Shown: positions 18,666-28,102, counted from the stretch's first letter. The stretch: DNA of 64,000 bases from Eubacteriales bacterium (GCA_045577415.1 JAZNII010000045.1:1815-65814); one strand, 5' to 3'. The notes: generated by a model not told the origin, from the letters alone. Program-made: numbers and translations.

Positions 18666-19615
18666 TTTTTCTTTCCGTTTTTCTTTTCTTTGGGTTTGTA
18701 AGAAGGATTTTTCTCGCCGCAGTAGACGCACTTTTCACGGGTGACGGGAATAATTCTGCCGCAAGAGCATTTAATGAAATCGTCCTCGGTATATTCCTTT
18801 TCGGGCTTGCTTTCGGACTTTTCGGGTTTAGCATCCGAGCCGTTATGCTCGTCAGAGGAGTGCTTGTCCTTCTTTCTGAAGGAAACCTTGGATTCCTTGC
18901 CCTCAAGCAGTCTCTTGATGTTTTCGCGGTGCATAAATACCACAAATCCGCCTATCATTATAGCCGAGAGCGGGATAAATCCGCCGTCAGTTCCCCAAAA
19001 ACCGCGGAAAGCGTATGCGATAAGGGGGAAAAGCATAGCGCTTATTATCGAACCCAACGAAATGAATTTTGTAGCAAGAACTATGATGATAAATACGGGC
19101 AAAAGAATTGCGAAGGATATAGGGGAGAGGATAAGTATACAAGCGGCGGTGCAGGCAACGCCCTTGCCTCCCTTAAATCTGTAATAAACGGGGAACATAT
19201 GACCAAGAACCACGAAAAGTGCCGAGATCGCGCCGCCTACGTTTATAGACAGTAAAAGCGCGCCAATACCAATGGTCAGAGCCGCCTTGAAAAAGTCCAG
19301 AACGAAGATAAGAACTGCCATTTTCTTGCCGTAGGTTCGGAGCATATTCGTAGTTCCCGCGTTGCCGCTTCCAAAGGAGCGGATGTCCTCGTGATATACC
19401 CTTTTTGAAAAGATTATCGCGGGGTTGATGCTTCCTATAAGATATGCCGAAGCAATGCAGAGAAGCACGGTGACAAACATAAGGATTCCTTGCGCCGTCT
19501 CGTTGCCTATGCCGGAGCAGACGAAGGAATAAAGGTTCCAAATGATTTTTGCGCCTTCGTCGGGAGCGGTCTCACTTAAGGCTATGGGCGTAAAATTAAT
19601 TAAGTTCAAAAGCAT
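18662..19615 (-). CDS. plsY: glycerol-3-phosphate acyltransferase PlsY with a C-terminal zinc-ribbon-like extension
   Basis: GSINPAIIFSK..FGSGNAGTTNMLR core. Start at 19615 (GGAG 6 nt upstream). About 70 extra C-terminal aa end in CSCG-x12-CVYCG. Confidence 0.85.
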   Translation of the reverse strand: MLLNLINFTPIALSETAPDEGAKIIWNLYSFVCSGIGNETAQGILMFVTVLLCIASAYLIGSINPAIIFSKRVYHEDIRSFGSGNAGTTNMLRTYGKKMAVLIFVLDFFKAALTIGIGALLLSINVGGAISALFVVLGHMFPVYYRFKGGKGVACTAACILILSPISFAILLPVFIIIVLATKFISLGSIISAMLFPLIAYAFRGFWGTDGGFIPLSAIMIGGFVVFMHRENIKRLLEGKESKVSFRKKDKHSSDEHNGSDAKPEKSESKPEKEYTEDDFIKCSCGRIIPVTREKCVYCGEKNPSYKPKEKKNGKKK

Positions 19616-19660
19616 AATTATCTCCATTCCGCCATGGTGCGGCGGCAAAAATACGATCTA

Positions 19661-19903
19661 TCAATTATTCTTCCTGTTGATAAGTCTTTGAAGTCTTTCT
19701 TTATTGGCTTTAAGTCTGTGGTCGCGCTCATCGGGGAGTGGAGTTATCTCCGTGAGCGTCTCGCCGTCGGTTTCTGCGGCAAAGATGTCGCGAGCCTTCA
19801 TGCCGTCGAGAGCCGACAACGGGCAGATAAGCTGTTCTCCGTCGTCGGAGATGCAGACGGCAAGATCGCCCTCAAGCCTGTCCACTGAAAATATCTTTTT
19901 CAT
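19661..19903 (-). CDS. DUF3006-like small protein
   Basis: 80 aa. VDRLEGDLAVC...ARDIF pattern typical of DUF3006. It abuts the upstream peptidase gene stop. Confidence 0.65.
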   Translation of the reverse strand: MKKIFSVDRLEGDLAVCISDDGEQLICPLSALDGMKARDIFAAETDGETLTEITPLPDERDHRLKANKERLQRLINRKNN

Positions 19904-19904
19904 A

Positions 19905-20990
19905 TCAGAACAGCTCGATAAGCTCTTTGGGACTCTTTGTAAAATTGTAGGTAGAGCCGTCGTCGGGCATAATAGCGATCATATCCTCGATTCGGCAACC
20001 GTAAAGTCCCTCAATGTATATTCCGGGTTCATCGGTGACAACGTGACCTTTCGCAAGTCTGAGATCCTCGGGCGATCTTCCCGAAAGAGAGGGGGACTCG
20101 TGGATATACATGCCCACTCCGTGACCGAGGGAGTGACCGAACCTGCCCTTATATCCCGCGTTATCGATTATGTCGCGAGCGATCTTGTCACAGTCACGGC
20201 AGAGATTGCCCTCCTTGATATGCTCAAGAGCGGTCTTTTGAGCGGTCAGAACTGTGTTGTAAAGCTTTTTTATTTCAGCGTCAGCCTTGCCAAGCACTAC
20301 GGTTCGGGTCATGTCCGAGCAGTAGCCGTCAAATTTTGCGCCGTAGTCCATGGTGAAGAATCCCTTTTCAAGCTTGACATTTCTCGGAACGCCGTGGGGC
20401 AGAGAGGATGCCGAACCCGAAACCGCGATAGTATCAAAGGCAACGCCCTCGGATCCCTGTCGTCTCATAAAGAATTCAAGCTCCAAAGCAACCTCGATCT
20501 CGGTCATATTGGGAGTGATCACATTAAGAATATGAGTGAAAGCCGCGTCGGTGATAGCCTGCGCCTTCTTCATTTTTTCAATTTCGTCAAGGTCTTTGTA
20601 AAGACGGAGATTGTCGGCAATAGCAGACGCTCCGGGAACAAGCTCCATGCCTACGAGCGCCTTCTTAAATCTCTCCATGGTTGCATAAGAAAGGGTAGCG
20701 TCCTCAAATGCGACGGTCTTGCATCCGTTTTCCTCAAGGAGAGAACACATAGTTATCCCCATAGTGTTTTCGGGCATGACCAGCTCAAAGTCGTTCTGGT
20801 TGACAGCTGCTCTTGCCGCCTCAATGTAGCGGAAGTCGGTGAGGACGTAGGATTTGCCCTTGGTAACGAGAACGTAGCCGTCCTGATAGTCAAAATTAGT
20901 AATATATCGAATGTTTACATATGACGAAATTATAGCAGCATCAAAGCCCTGCTCCGCCATTTTCGCCTTAAATTTCTGAAGCTTGCTCAT
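19905..20990 (-). CDS. M24-family Xaa-Pro aminopeptidase/dipeptidase
   Basis: 361 aa. Creatinase-like N-domain plus pita-bread domain with HSLGHGVGMYIHESP and metal ligands (D, D, H, E, E). Confidence 0.88.
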   Translation of the reverse strand: MSKLQKFKAKMAEQGFDAAIISSYVNIRYITNFDYQDGYVLVTKGKSYVLTDFRYIEAARAAVNQNDFELVMPENTMGITMCSLLEENGCKTVAFEDATLSYATMERFKKALVGMELVPGASAIADNLRLYKDLDEIEKMKKAQAITDAAFTHILNVITPNMTEIEVALELEFFMRRQGSEGVAFDTIAVSGSASSLPHGVPRNVKLEKGFFTMDYGAKFDGYCSDMTRTVVLGKADAEIKKLYNTVLTAQKTALEHIKEGNLCRDCDKIARDIIDNAGYKGRFGHSLGHGVGMYIHESPSLSGRSPEDLRLAKGHVVTDEPGIYIEGLYGCRIEDMIAIMPDDGSTYNFTKSPKELIELF

Positions 20991-21072
20991 AATTATTTAC
21001 CTCTTTATTTTTAAATTGCTTTTCGACCGAAGAGAGAAAAGCTACCTCAACTTTTCACTCTTCACTCTTCAC

Positions 21073-21921
21073 TTATGAAAAAATACTTTCATAGTATTTT
21101 TTCATACTCATCGCATCCTCGGGCTGTGTGCCGTCGGACTCGCAAATGATCCTCGGCGCCCAGCCGTCCTTTGCGATCGCCTCCATAAGAGGCTCGAAAT
21201 CAGGACCGAAAACAGAGTCGGAGAAGGTCAGATGCTTCTTTTCGCCTGCACCCGTGTATTCGATCTTGGAAAAATGACAGTGAAGATCCATAGCGTAGCT
21301 TTCGCCAAGACCCTCTGCAATTTTGTCAAATATCCGTCTGTAATCGTCCCTTGTTTTGAAAAGACCCTGCTCGCGTGCGTTAATATGACCGAAATCCACC
21401 ACGGGAGCGTAGCGCTTGTCCACGCGGCACTGCTCGATAACCTCGTCAAGAGTACCTAACTGATTGACCTTTCCCATAGTCTCGATGCCGAGCTTGATAT
21501 TGGTGTCTCCAATCGTCTCGATGACCTTATAAAGTGTGTCGCAGGAAAGCTTCATTGCCTCCTCGCGGGAGATCTTCGCGGCGCTTCCGCTATGGATAAC
21601 GATTGTGTCAGCGCCAAGCAGATCTGCCGCCCAGAGGGACTTTTGAATGTAATCGATGCTTTTCAGTCTCTTTTCGGGGTCAATTCCCGAAAGGGAAATG
21701 AAATAGGGAGTATGAAGTGACATCAAAATGCCGTATTTTTTTGCTTCCTCACCTATCTTGCGGAGAGTTGCTTCGCCAGCACTCAGTCCGTTGCCCGCCT
21801 CAAATTCGTATGCGTCGAGACCGTATTCCTTTACCCATTTGGGCGCTTGAACCGTCCCCATGCCGCCTTGGGCGTAGAAAAGATCGCCGTTGCCGCCGGG
21901 ACCAAAGGTTGCTTTTTTCAT
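21073..21921 (-). CDS. TIM-barrel protein of the endonuclease IV / AP endonuclease 2 (xylose isomerase-like) family
   Basis: 282 aa with SLHTPYFISL, IVIHSGS, GIETMG, DFGHINA and LHCHFS, a metal-ligand pattern reminiscent of Nfo-like enzymes. Confidence 0.7.
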   Translation of the reverse strand: MKKATFGPGGNGDLFYAQGGMGTVQAPKWVKEYGLDAYEFEAGNGLSAGEATLRKIGEEAKKYGILMSLHTPYFISLSGIDPEKRLKSIDYIQKSLWAADLLGADTIVIHSGSAAKISREEAMKLSCDTLYKVIETIGDTNIKLGIETMGKVNQLGTLDEVIEQCRVDKRYAPVVDFGHINAREQGLFKTRDDYRRIFDKIAEGLGESYAMDLHCHFSKIEYTGAGEKKHLTFSDSVFGPDFEPLMEAIAKDGWAPRIICESDGTQPEDAMSMKKYYESIFS

Positions 21922-22484
21922 TTATTTCCCCTGTTTTTCTTATATTTTTTCTCTAACCAAAAGGAGCAAACAGTTGCCGAGTCGCCGCCGTGGAGCTTGA
22001 CGTATCTCTTGATGTGACGAACCTCCATAGCGCGCTTACTCCTGAAAAACGCGTTGTTTTTGTCGCGTATGGGAGGGACTATAATGGTGCGAAGTCCTAT
22101 GTGCTTACCTGCCGCCGCGTCGGTCAGGAGCTGATCGCCGAGCATCCCGGTGTTAGTCTTGTCCGTACCCATAGCCGCCATCGCTTTTTTGAGGTTTTTA
22201 GCGAAGGGCTTGCCGCTCTTGTAATATGCGGGGAGACCAAGCGTGGCGTTAAAAAGCTCGACTCGCTCGCGGTCGTTGTTCGACACCAAGGTCGCCTTGA
22301 TGCCGTTTGCCGCCAGTGACTTAAACCACTCTCTGATATTGTCGTCAGGCTCGGGCATCTCGTAGGGAGCGAGAGTGTTGTCTATGTCAATAAGCAGAGC
22401 ATTGACACCTATTTCATGCAAAAACTCGGGAGTGACCTCTCTGTACGTTGCAAATATGTAATCGGGCAAAAGCCAGCTTGCCAT
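21918..22484 (-). CDS. YqeG-family HAD-IIIA phosphatase
   Basis: LLIDIDNTLAPY (DxDxT) and MLGDQLLTD. Start at 22484 with AAGGAG 5 nt upstream. Its stop overlaps the next gene's start (ATGA). Confidence 0.85.
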   Translation of the reverse strand: MASWLLPDYIFATYREVTPEFLHEIGVNALLIDIDNTLAPYEMPEPDDNIREWFKSLAANGIKATLVSNNDRERVELFNATLGLPAYYKSGKPFAKNLKKAMAAMGTDKTNTGMLGDQLLTDAAAGKHIGLRTIIVPPIRDKNNAFFRSKRAMEVRHIKRYVKLHGGDSATVCSFWLEKKYKKNRGNK

Positions 22485-22681
22485 AAGCGCTCCTTTCGGA
22501 GTTTTTATGATGACACAAAACTCCATATTACTCTAATTATATATTATACTATAAAATAGCATAACTATCAAGGGTTTTTTGAATATTTTTTGTCTTTTTA
22601 TCTTAAAAATCATTTCAAAAGCATTAGTGACACGAGAAAATCGGTTCAATGCAAAAAAGATAATAATACTATAAGCATCTC

Positions 22682-22710
22682 TTGACAAAAAGGCGACTTT
22701 GTGCTATAAT
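22682..22710 (+). promoter_or_regulatory. sigma-A-like promoter
   Basis: TTGACA (22682-22687), 17 nt, extended -10 TGcTATAAT (22702-22710). Confidence 0.65.
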
Positions 22711-22741
22711 CACGTTGCTTTGAATGGAAGGAGGGGAGAGC

Positions 22742-23179
22742 GTGGGCAATTTTTTTGTTAAGCTATGGAAAAAGCACAAGACCGAAATATTCATAATATG
22801 CGGAATTATAGCCATATACGCGGTTTTATCCGTGCTTGGCGTAGCCACCTGTCCCTCAAAGGTGTTCTTTGGAATTCCTTGTCCCGGATGCGGAATAAGC
22901 AGAGCGTTTATGAGTGTGCTTCGGCTTGATTTTGCGGCGGCGTTTGAATATAATCCGTTGTGGATAGTGGTACCCGTAGCCCTGGTCGCAGTCACGGTGC
23001 TTTCGGTCTATGAAAAAAATACGGCGGCAGACATCACGATATTCGTCTTTATTGCGCTCGCGTTTGCAATTTACCTCTACCGAATAATATTTACCGATGA
23101 CGCTGTAGTGTCGTGGGATTTTGAATCGGGACTCATCTACCGCGGAATAATGTGGATCGTTGATTTGTTTAAAAAGTAA
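22742..23179 (+). CDS. DUF2752-like membrane protein
   Basis: GIPCPGCGISRAF motif and 4 TM segments. The GTG at 22742 has AGGAGG 7 nt upstream. The in-frame ATG at 22724 would lie about 7 nt from the predicted transcription start, so the start is uncertain. Confidence 0.7.
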   Translation: MGNFFVKLWKKHKTEIFIICGIIAIYAVLSVLGVATCPSKVFFGIPCPGCGISRAFMSVLRLDFAAAFEYNPLWIVVPVALVAVTVLSVYEKNTAADITIFVFIALAFAIYLYRIIFTDDAVVSWDFESGLIYRGIMWIVDLFKK

Positions 23180-23245
23180 CCCCCCTATAAAAAACGAACT
23201 GCCCGCAAGCGGACAGCGTGGGGTCAATCGGTGACAAACACTAAG

Positions 23246-23278
23246 AAAAGGCAAATGGGATGAACCCATTTGCCTTTT
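23246..23278. terminator. bidirectional terminator
   Basis: 14-bp stem AAAAGGCAAATGGG / CCCATTTGCCTTTT with a 5-nt loop. It lies between the DUF2752 gene (+) and the 3' end of tRNA-Thr (-). Confidence 0.8.
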
Positions 23279-23280
23279 CT

Positions 23281-23355
23281 TGGAGCTGGTGGTGGGATTT
23301 GAACCCACGGCCTATTGATTACGAATCAATTGCGCTACCCCTGCGCCACACCAGC
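23281..23355 (-). tRNA. tRNA-Thr (anticodon CGT)
   Basis: The reverse complement folds as acceptor GCTGGTG/CACCAGC, anticodon stem ATTGA/TCAAT with loop TTCGTAA, T-arm GTGGG-TTCAAAT-CCCAC, encoded CCA. Confidence 0.9.
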
Positions 23356-23364
23356 GACCCATAT

Positions 23365-23393
23365 ATTATATCACACTTCCAAAAGATTTGCAA
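23365..23393 (-). promoter_or_regulatory. promoter of tRNA-Thr
   Basis: On the minus strand: TTGCAA (23388-23393), 17 nt, extended -10 TGaTATAAT (-10 hexamer at 23365-23370). The predicted start is a few nt before the tRNA 5' end. Confidence 0.65.
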
Positions 23394-23531
23394 TAGGTTT
23401 TTTGAAAAAATTTGCATTAATTTTGGTACCGTTTCAGCGACTCTCAATGCAGTTATTATTACGTGACTTGAAGTTTTGTATTGTTTTTGTTTTTCGGGAC
23501 AAACTAATCAAAAACGACAGGGAGTTATCTT

Positions 23532-24827
23532 ATGAGTTCACTTTGGCGCGAAGACGTTAAAATGCCCGAATTCGGAACTTTGAATAAAAACGAAAAGACC
23601 GACGTTCTCATCATCGGAGGAGGCATCGCGGGAATTTTGACGGCGCATTTTTTGAGAGAGCAAAGCATCGACTATATCCTCGTTGAGTCGGGTCGCCTCT
23701 GCGGCGGCGTGACGGGAAACACTACGGCGAAGCTGACCCTATCTCACGGATTGATATATAGCAAAATAGTTAAGGAATACGGTGTGGAGCGGGCGCAGTC
23801 CTATCTCCACGGCAATATTTCCGCGCTGAAAAAGTACGGAGAGCTGTGTAAAAATATAGATTGCGACTACGAGGTCAAGGACAATTATGTTTACTCCACC
23901 GATGACCGAAAAAAGATCGAGGACGAGGTGAAAACACTTCAAGACATCGGTTACAAAGCTGACTTTTGCGAAAATCTGCCTCTGCCTATAAAGACGGTTG
24001 GCGCGGTCAGATGTGGTGGACAGGCGCAGTTTCATCCGCTGAAGTTTTTGTCGGAGATCGCAAAGGATCTGAACGTTTTTGAGCATACCCACATTGAAAA
24101 CGTTGAGGGGAACAGGGCGTTTACCGAAGAATATCACATCGACGCGAAAAAAATAATAATGACGGCGCATTTTCCCTTTATAGACCGTCACGGCGGTTTT
24201 TTTCTCAAAATGTATCAGCACCGCTCCTACGTTTTGGCGCTTGATGGAGCAAAAGACCTTGACGGGATGTACGTGGACAAAAATAAGACGGGTCTTTCAT
24301 TCAGAAATCACAAAAATCTGTTGCTTTTGGGCGGCGGAGGACACAGAACGGGAAAGCAGGGCGGCGGATATAGCGAGCTTCGCACCACAGCAAGGCTTTA
24401 TTATCCCGACGCTGAAGAAAAATTTCATTGGGCGGCGCAGGACTGCATGACCCTTGACGGGATGCCCTACGTCGGTCAGTATTCAAAATGCACCCCCGAT
24501 ATGCTTGTAGCTACGGGATTTAACAAGTGGGGAATGACAAACGCTATGATGTCGGCAATGGCGCTTTGTGACGCCGTACTTGGAAAGCAAAACGAGCTTT
24601 TGGATGCTCTGAACCCATCAAGATGTATACTTCACCCACAGCTTGCAATCAACGGCTTTGAGACCCTTACAAACATTCTGCGGCCCACCGCGCCGAGATG
24701 CTCTCATTTAGGTTGCGCCCTCAAATGGAACAAGGCTGAGAAGAGCTGGGACTGTCCCTGCCACGGCTCGCGTTTTGCCGAGGACGGCAGAGTGCTTGAT
24801 AATCCCGCCAACGGAAAATTGAAGTAA
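23532..24827 (+). CDS. FAD-dependent oxidoreductase with a C-terminal Rieske [2Fe-2S] domain (YhfW-like)
   Basis: VLIIGGGIAGIL dinucleotide fold; C-terminal CSHLGC..x..CPCHGSRF Rieske motif. Confidence 0.85.
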   Translation: MSSLWREDVKMPEFGTLNKNEKTDVLIIGGGIAGILTAHFLREQSIDYILVESGRLCGGVTGNTTAKLTLSHGLIYSKIVKEYGVERAQSYLHGNISALKKYGELCKNIDCDYEVKDNYVYSTDDRKKIEDEVKTLQDIGYKADFCENLPLPIKTVGAVRCGGQAQFHPLKFLSEIAKDLNVFEHTHIENVEGNRAFTEEYHIDAKKIIMTAHFPFIDRHGGFFLKMYQHRSYVLALDGAKDLDGMYVDKNKTGLSFRNHKNLLLLGGGGHRTGKQGGGYSELRTTARLYYPDAEEKFHWAAQDCMTLDGMPYVGQYSKCTPDMLVATGFNKWGMTNAMMSAMALCDAVLGKQNELLDALNPSRCILHPQLAINGFETLTNILRPTAPRCSHLGCALKWNKAEKSWDCPCHGSRFAEDGRVLDNPANGKLK

Positions 24828-24856
24828 CAAGGTATGTTAATAATAGAGTAGTTTCA

Positions 24857-24891
24857 TAAAAAATCAGGCGACCAACGGTCGCCCGATTTTT
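24857..24891. terminator. bidirectional terminator
   Basis: A-run, stem ATCaGGCGACC / GGTCGCCcGAT, T-run. It lies between convergent genes. Confidence 0.7.
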
Positions 24892-24895
24892 ACAA

Positions 24896-25441
24896 TTATT
24901 CTTCTTTACCCGTGAGATACTTTTTATAAAGACCGCAGGGATTGAACTCGGTGCATCTGCCTCCGCGGTAGGAGCACATAGGCTCAAGAGTGCCGACAAA
25001 TTCGGGACACTGCTCCTCAACAAGTTTGACGATCTCCGCCATGACCTTGCGGGTGTATGGGTCTGCCTGCATACAAAGACGGCGGCGAGCCATAAACATA
25101 AGCTCCTGAGCGTTTATGTACATCATGTGAGAAACGGGAGAGTCCTGAGGCGCCTTTGTGCGGTCATAGTTCTCCTGACGGTCGTTTCTCTGGCTCTGAA
25201 CGAAATGAGTAACACCGATAAAGTGACGGCAAAAGTGAACCGAAACGTAATAGGGTATCACCATCTTGATGCAGAAATTAAGAGTTCTTATGGGACTATG
25301 CTCACTTAAAAGCAGCTTGTGTCTCCACTCGGCGGTGGGGAGCTTGGTGCTTGTCTTTCCCACGGTGTTGAGGGTGCAGAGCTTGCAAAGCATCCAATCT
25401 TCTTCGGTGGGGTATTTTAAAAGCTCAACGGTGAAATCCAT
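24896..25441 (-). CDS. divergent ThyX-like (flavin-dependent thymidylate synthase family) protein
   Basis: 181 aa. HSPIRTLNF ... FCRHFIGVTHFVQSQRNDR aligns by eye with the ThyX HxSPxE...RHRxxSxxxxSxR region, but the second Arg of RHR is Phe and the protein is short. Confidence 0.5.
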   Translation of the reverse strand: MDFTVELLKYPTEEDWMLCKLCTLNTVGKTSTKLPTAEWRHKLLLSEHSPIRTLNFCIKMVIPYYVSVHFCRHFIGVTHFVQSQRNDRQENYDRTKAPQDSPVSHMMYINAQELMFMARRRLCMQADPYTRKVMAEIVKLVEEQCPEFVGTLEPMCSYRGGRCTEFNPCGLYKKYLTGKEE

Positions 25442-25536
25442 ATTTTTCGTCTCCTAAATACAAATTTGGCTCTTATTAGACTAATTTTAGCACATTACTT
25501 CACCTAAGTCAAGAGGAATATGGCTCAATAACCCAT

Positions 25537-26649
25537 TTATTCCTCAAATTTCGCTGCGACCTGCTTGAGAAGCTCTCGGATGGGGAGCTTCTGAGGGCAG
25601 ATCTCCTCGCAAGCTCCGCAACCGATGCAGTCACTTGCCTTGCCTTTGTCCTTGGTGAAAATTCCGTAATAAAATTCCGAATTCCAATTTTTCCACTTAT
25701 TTTTCTCATTCATACAAGCGAAAAGCTTGGGGATAGAGATGTCCTTAGGGCAACCGTCCACACAATAGCGGCAGGAGGTGCAGGAGATCAGATTTTTGCT
25801 CTTTATGATCTCGCAGACCTTTTTGACTGCGTCAAGCTCGCCCTCGTTAAGGGGCTTGAAATCGACCATAGAGGAAAGATTGTCGCGCATCATATCCATA
25901 TTGCCCATACCTGAAAGCACCATAAATATACCCTCGTGACCTGCGGCAAAGCGGATGGCATAGCTTGCGTGACTTCCACCGCCAAGAGCATCAAACACCG
26001 CCGCCGCGTCGTCAGGAAGATTGACGAGACTTCCACCCTTGACAGGCTCCATAACGATCACAGGCTTTCCGTGTTTCCGACAGGTCTCAAGACAGAGTCG
26101 GGACTGAACCGATGCATCCTCAAAATCGAGATAATTGAACTGTATCTGTACCACCTCGATCTGAGGGTATTCTGTAAGTATTTCGTCAAGAATGTCTGCG
26201 GTGTCGTGGAAGGAGATGCCGAGATGACCTATCTTGCCTTCCTTTTTAAGCTCAAGGCAGGTCTCGTAAGCCTTACAAGCCTTATATTTTTGAAAATTCG
26301 TTCTGTTCTGGGCGTGCATGAGGTAAAAATCGAAGTAGTCAACGCCGCAGATCTTCAGCTGTTCCTCAAATAAAGGACGGATGTCGTCTTCCTTTTCAAA
26401 ATGAGGGTTCGATAGCTTGTTGGTGAGGACGTAGCTCTCGCGAGGATAGCGGGATGCGAGGCATTCGCGCAGAGCAACCTCGCTCTTGCCGCTAAGATAG
26501 CCATGAGCGGTGTCAAAATAGTTGAATCCTGCCTCTAAAAAGGCATCTACCATCAGACAGACCTCGGCAGTGTCCACCTCGCCGTCCTTCATAGGAAAGC
26601 GCATACAACCAAATCCAAAATTCTTTTTTACTTTATCAAAAATTGCCAT
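25537..26649 (-). CDS. aldo/keto reductase with a C-terminal 2x[4Fe-4S] ferredoxin-like domain
   Basis: AKR core (FDTAHGY, GISFH) plus CTSCRYCVDGCP and CIGCGACEEICP. Confidence 0.88.
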   Translation of the reverse strand: MAIFDKVKKNFGFGCMRFPMKDGEVDTAEVCLMVDAFLEAGFNYFDTAHGYLSGKSEVALRECLASRYPRESYVLTNKLSNPHFEKEDDIRPLFEEQLKICGVDYFDFYLMHAQNRTNFQKYKACKAYETCLELKKEGKIGHLGISFHDTADILDEILTEYPQIEVVQIQFNYLDFEDASVQSRLCLETCRKHGKPVIVMEPVKGGSLVNLPDDAAAVFDALGGGSHASYAIRFAAGHEGIFMVLSGMGNMDMMRDNLSSMVDFKPLNEGELDAVKKVCEIIKSKNLISCTSCRYCVDGCPKDISIPKLFACMNEKNKWKNWNSEFYYGIFTKDKGKASDCIGCGACEEICPQKLPIRELLKQVAAKFEE

Positions 26650-26723
26650 ATTTTTACCTCTCTGCGTTTATTATATTAATTATACATCAAAAAGAGGGAT
26701 TTTGTCAAGATGTGACCGTATAG

Positions 26724-26752
26724 TTGACAAAAAATAATATTAGTGGTAAAAT
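26724..26752 (+). promoter_or_regulatory. candidate promoter of the kinase/regulator pair
   Basis: TTGACA (26724-26729), 17 nt, extended -10 TGgTAAAAT (26744-26752). Confidence 0.5.
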
Positions 26753-26839
26753 AAGTTATGATCAAAATTATGAATATGCCAAGGTTGACGGAACTGAAAT
26801 CTTGACATAACGCAATAATGGCTTTGAGGAGGTGAGAGG

Positions 26840-28102
26840 ATGCCTGAGATAAATATTGCTCTGGATATTTTCGGAATTATAGCCACTTTAATAATATTTT
26901 TCAGTTGTCTTGAAGAAAGAATAAAAAAAGAAACTAAATCCAACAGCTTCTTACTTTTGATGGCGACAATTATTCTGACACTTGTGGCAGATATATTCGG
27001 TTGGATAGGAGAAGGAAATACCGCCCTTGCGGTTATGACTGTGGTGGGAAATACCGTGGCGGCGTGTCTTGGATATCTTGCTATATTCTTTTTCATTCTG
27101 TATCTGAAAGAAAACCTATATCGAAGAAGTCCTGCGGCAAGAGCTATCGTTATAATATTTGCGGTGGTATGCGTGGCATCGATAATAATGGTTTCGCTGA
27201 ATTGCTACCACGGAACCTCCTATCATATAGACGGAGATGGTCATTTCGTCCACGGAGCCGATAAAGTGCTTATGATGACACATCTTATTTTCCCCCTGCT
27301 TTCCTTCCTCACAATATTCCTTATGGTGTTGACGGCAAGGGGCATAAGCGCAAAGGACAGACTGATATACCTGTCTTATGCAGTATTTCCCACGGCAGGA
27401 GTGATTTTTGACTACACCGTTCACGGCTGGTCGCTGACCTATATCGGCTTGGTCATAAGCACTATGATAATCTTTACCAGCATTTATCTGCAAAAGCGCA
27501 GACTGATACAAGAGCAGAGAGCCGCGCTTATGATGTCGCAGATAAACCCTCATTTTATGTATAATACCTTGACAACCATCGCATCGCTTTGCGAGATAGA
27601 CCCCAAGCAGGCAAAAACTCTTACCATCGAATTTTCCTCATTCCTTCGTCAGAATCTGGACACGATGACCTCATCAGAGCTTATCCCCTTTGAGCAGGAG
27701 CTTAGACACGTGGGGTGCTATCTGAAGATAGAAAAGGCAAGATTTGCGGATAAGATAAACGTGGTCTACGCCATAGATTGTAAGAATTTTGTGCTTCCCG
27801 CCCTGACTATTCAGCCCTTGGTTGAGAACGCTGTCAAGCACGGAATTACCAAGAAAAGGGGCGGCGGAACCGTAAAAATATCCACGTACCGTACTGAAAA
27901 ATCTTACGTAGTGGAGATAAAGGATGACGGCGTTGGCTTTGATGTCGAGATGATGCTGGCTAATAATGACCGAATAGGCATCAATAACGTCCGAAGCCGC
28001 TTGAAGGATATGTGCGGCGGAACTCTTGAGATAAAGAGCAAGGTTGGAGTCGGAACACGTATAACGGTTGAAATACCGGACAACAAGAGGAACAGAATAT
28101 GA
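26840..28102 (+). CDS. sensor histidine kinase, LytS/YehU (His_kinase) type
   Basis: About 6 N-terminal TM helices, QINPHFMYNTL H-box region, ENAVKHG N-box, KDDGVGF and GIGINNV G-boxes. Confidence 0.88.
   Translation: MPEINIALDIFGIIATLIIFFSCLEERIKKETKSNSFLLLMATIILTLVADIFGWIGEGNTALAVMTVVGNTVAACLGYLAIFFFILYLKENLYRRSPAARAIVIIFAVVCVASIIMVSLNCYHGTSYHIDGDGHFVHGADKVLMMTHLIFPLLSFLTIFLMVLTARGISAKDRLIYLSYAVFPTAGVIFDYTVHGWSLTYIGLVISTMIIFTSIYLQKRRLIQEQRAALMMSQINPHFMYNTLTTIASLCEIDPKQAKTLTIEFSSFLRQNLDTMTSSELIPFEQELRHVGCYLKIEKARFADKINVVYAIDCKNFVLPALTIQPLVENAVKHGITKKRGGGTVKISTYRTEKSYVVEIKDDGVGFDVEMMLANNDRIGINNVRSRLKDMCGGTLEIKSKVGVGTRITVEIPDNKRNRI

Noticed and set aside
19620-19633. Shared 14-nt motif ATCTCCATTCCGCC at 19620-19633 and 41385-41398, upstream of plsY and of the ACT protein gene on the minus strand.
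   Set aside because: On the coding strand it reads GGCGGAATGGAGAT, that is, an ordinary GGAG Shine-Dalgarno region with a short in-frame upstream ATG. Two occurrences do not support a dedicated regulatory element.
21043-21072. Short tandem CTTCACT x3 (ttcactcttcactcttcactt) between the TIM-barrel gene and the M24 peptidase gene.
   Set aside because: It is only ~20 nt and lies in an intergenic region next to a weak hairpin (21018-21042). It is too short and simple to interpret.
23180-23531. Integrated mobile element or genomic island at tRNA-Thr or tRNA-His.
   Set aside because: There is no integrase, recombinase or phage gene, and no direct repeat of the tRNA-Thr 3' end nearby. The flanking genes are ordinary chromosomal genes. 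The only att-like signal is the tRNA-His-derived repeat, which is reported separately.
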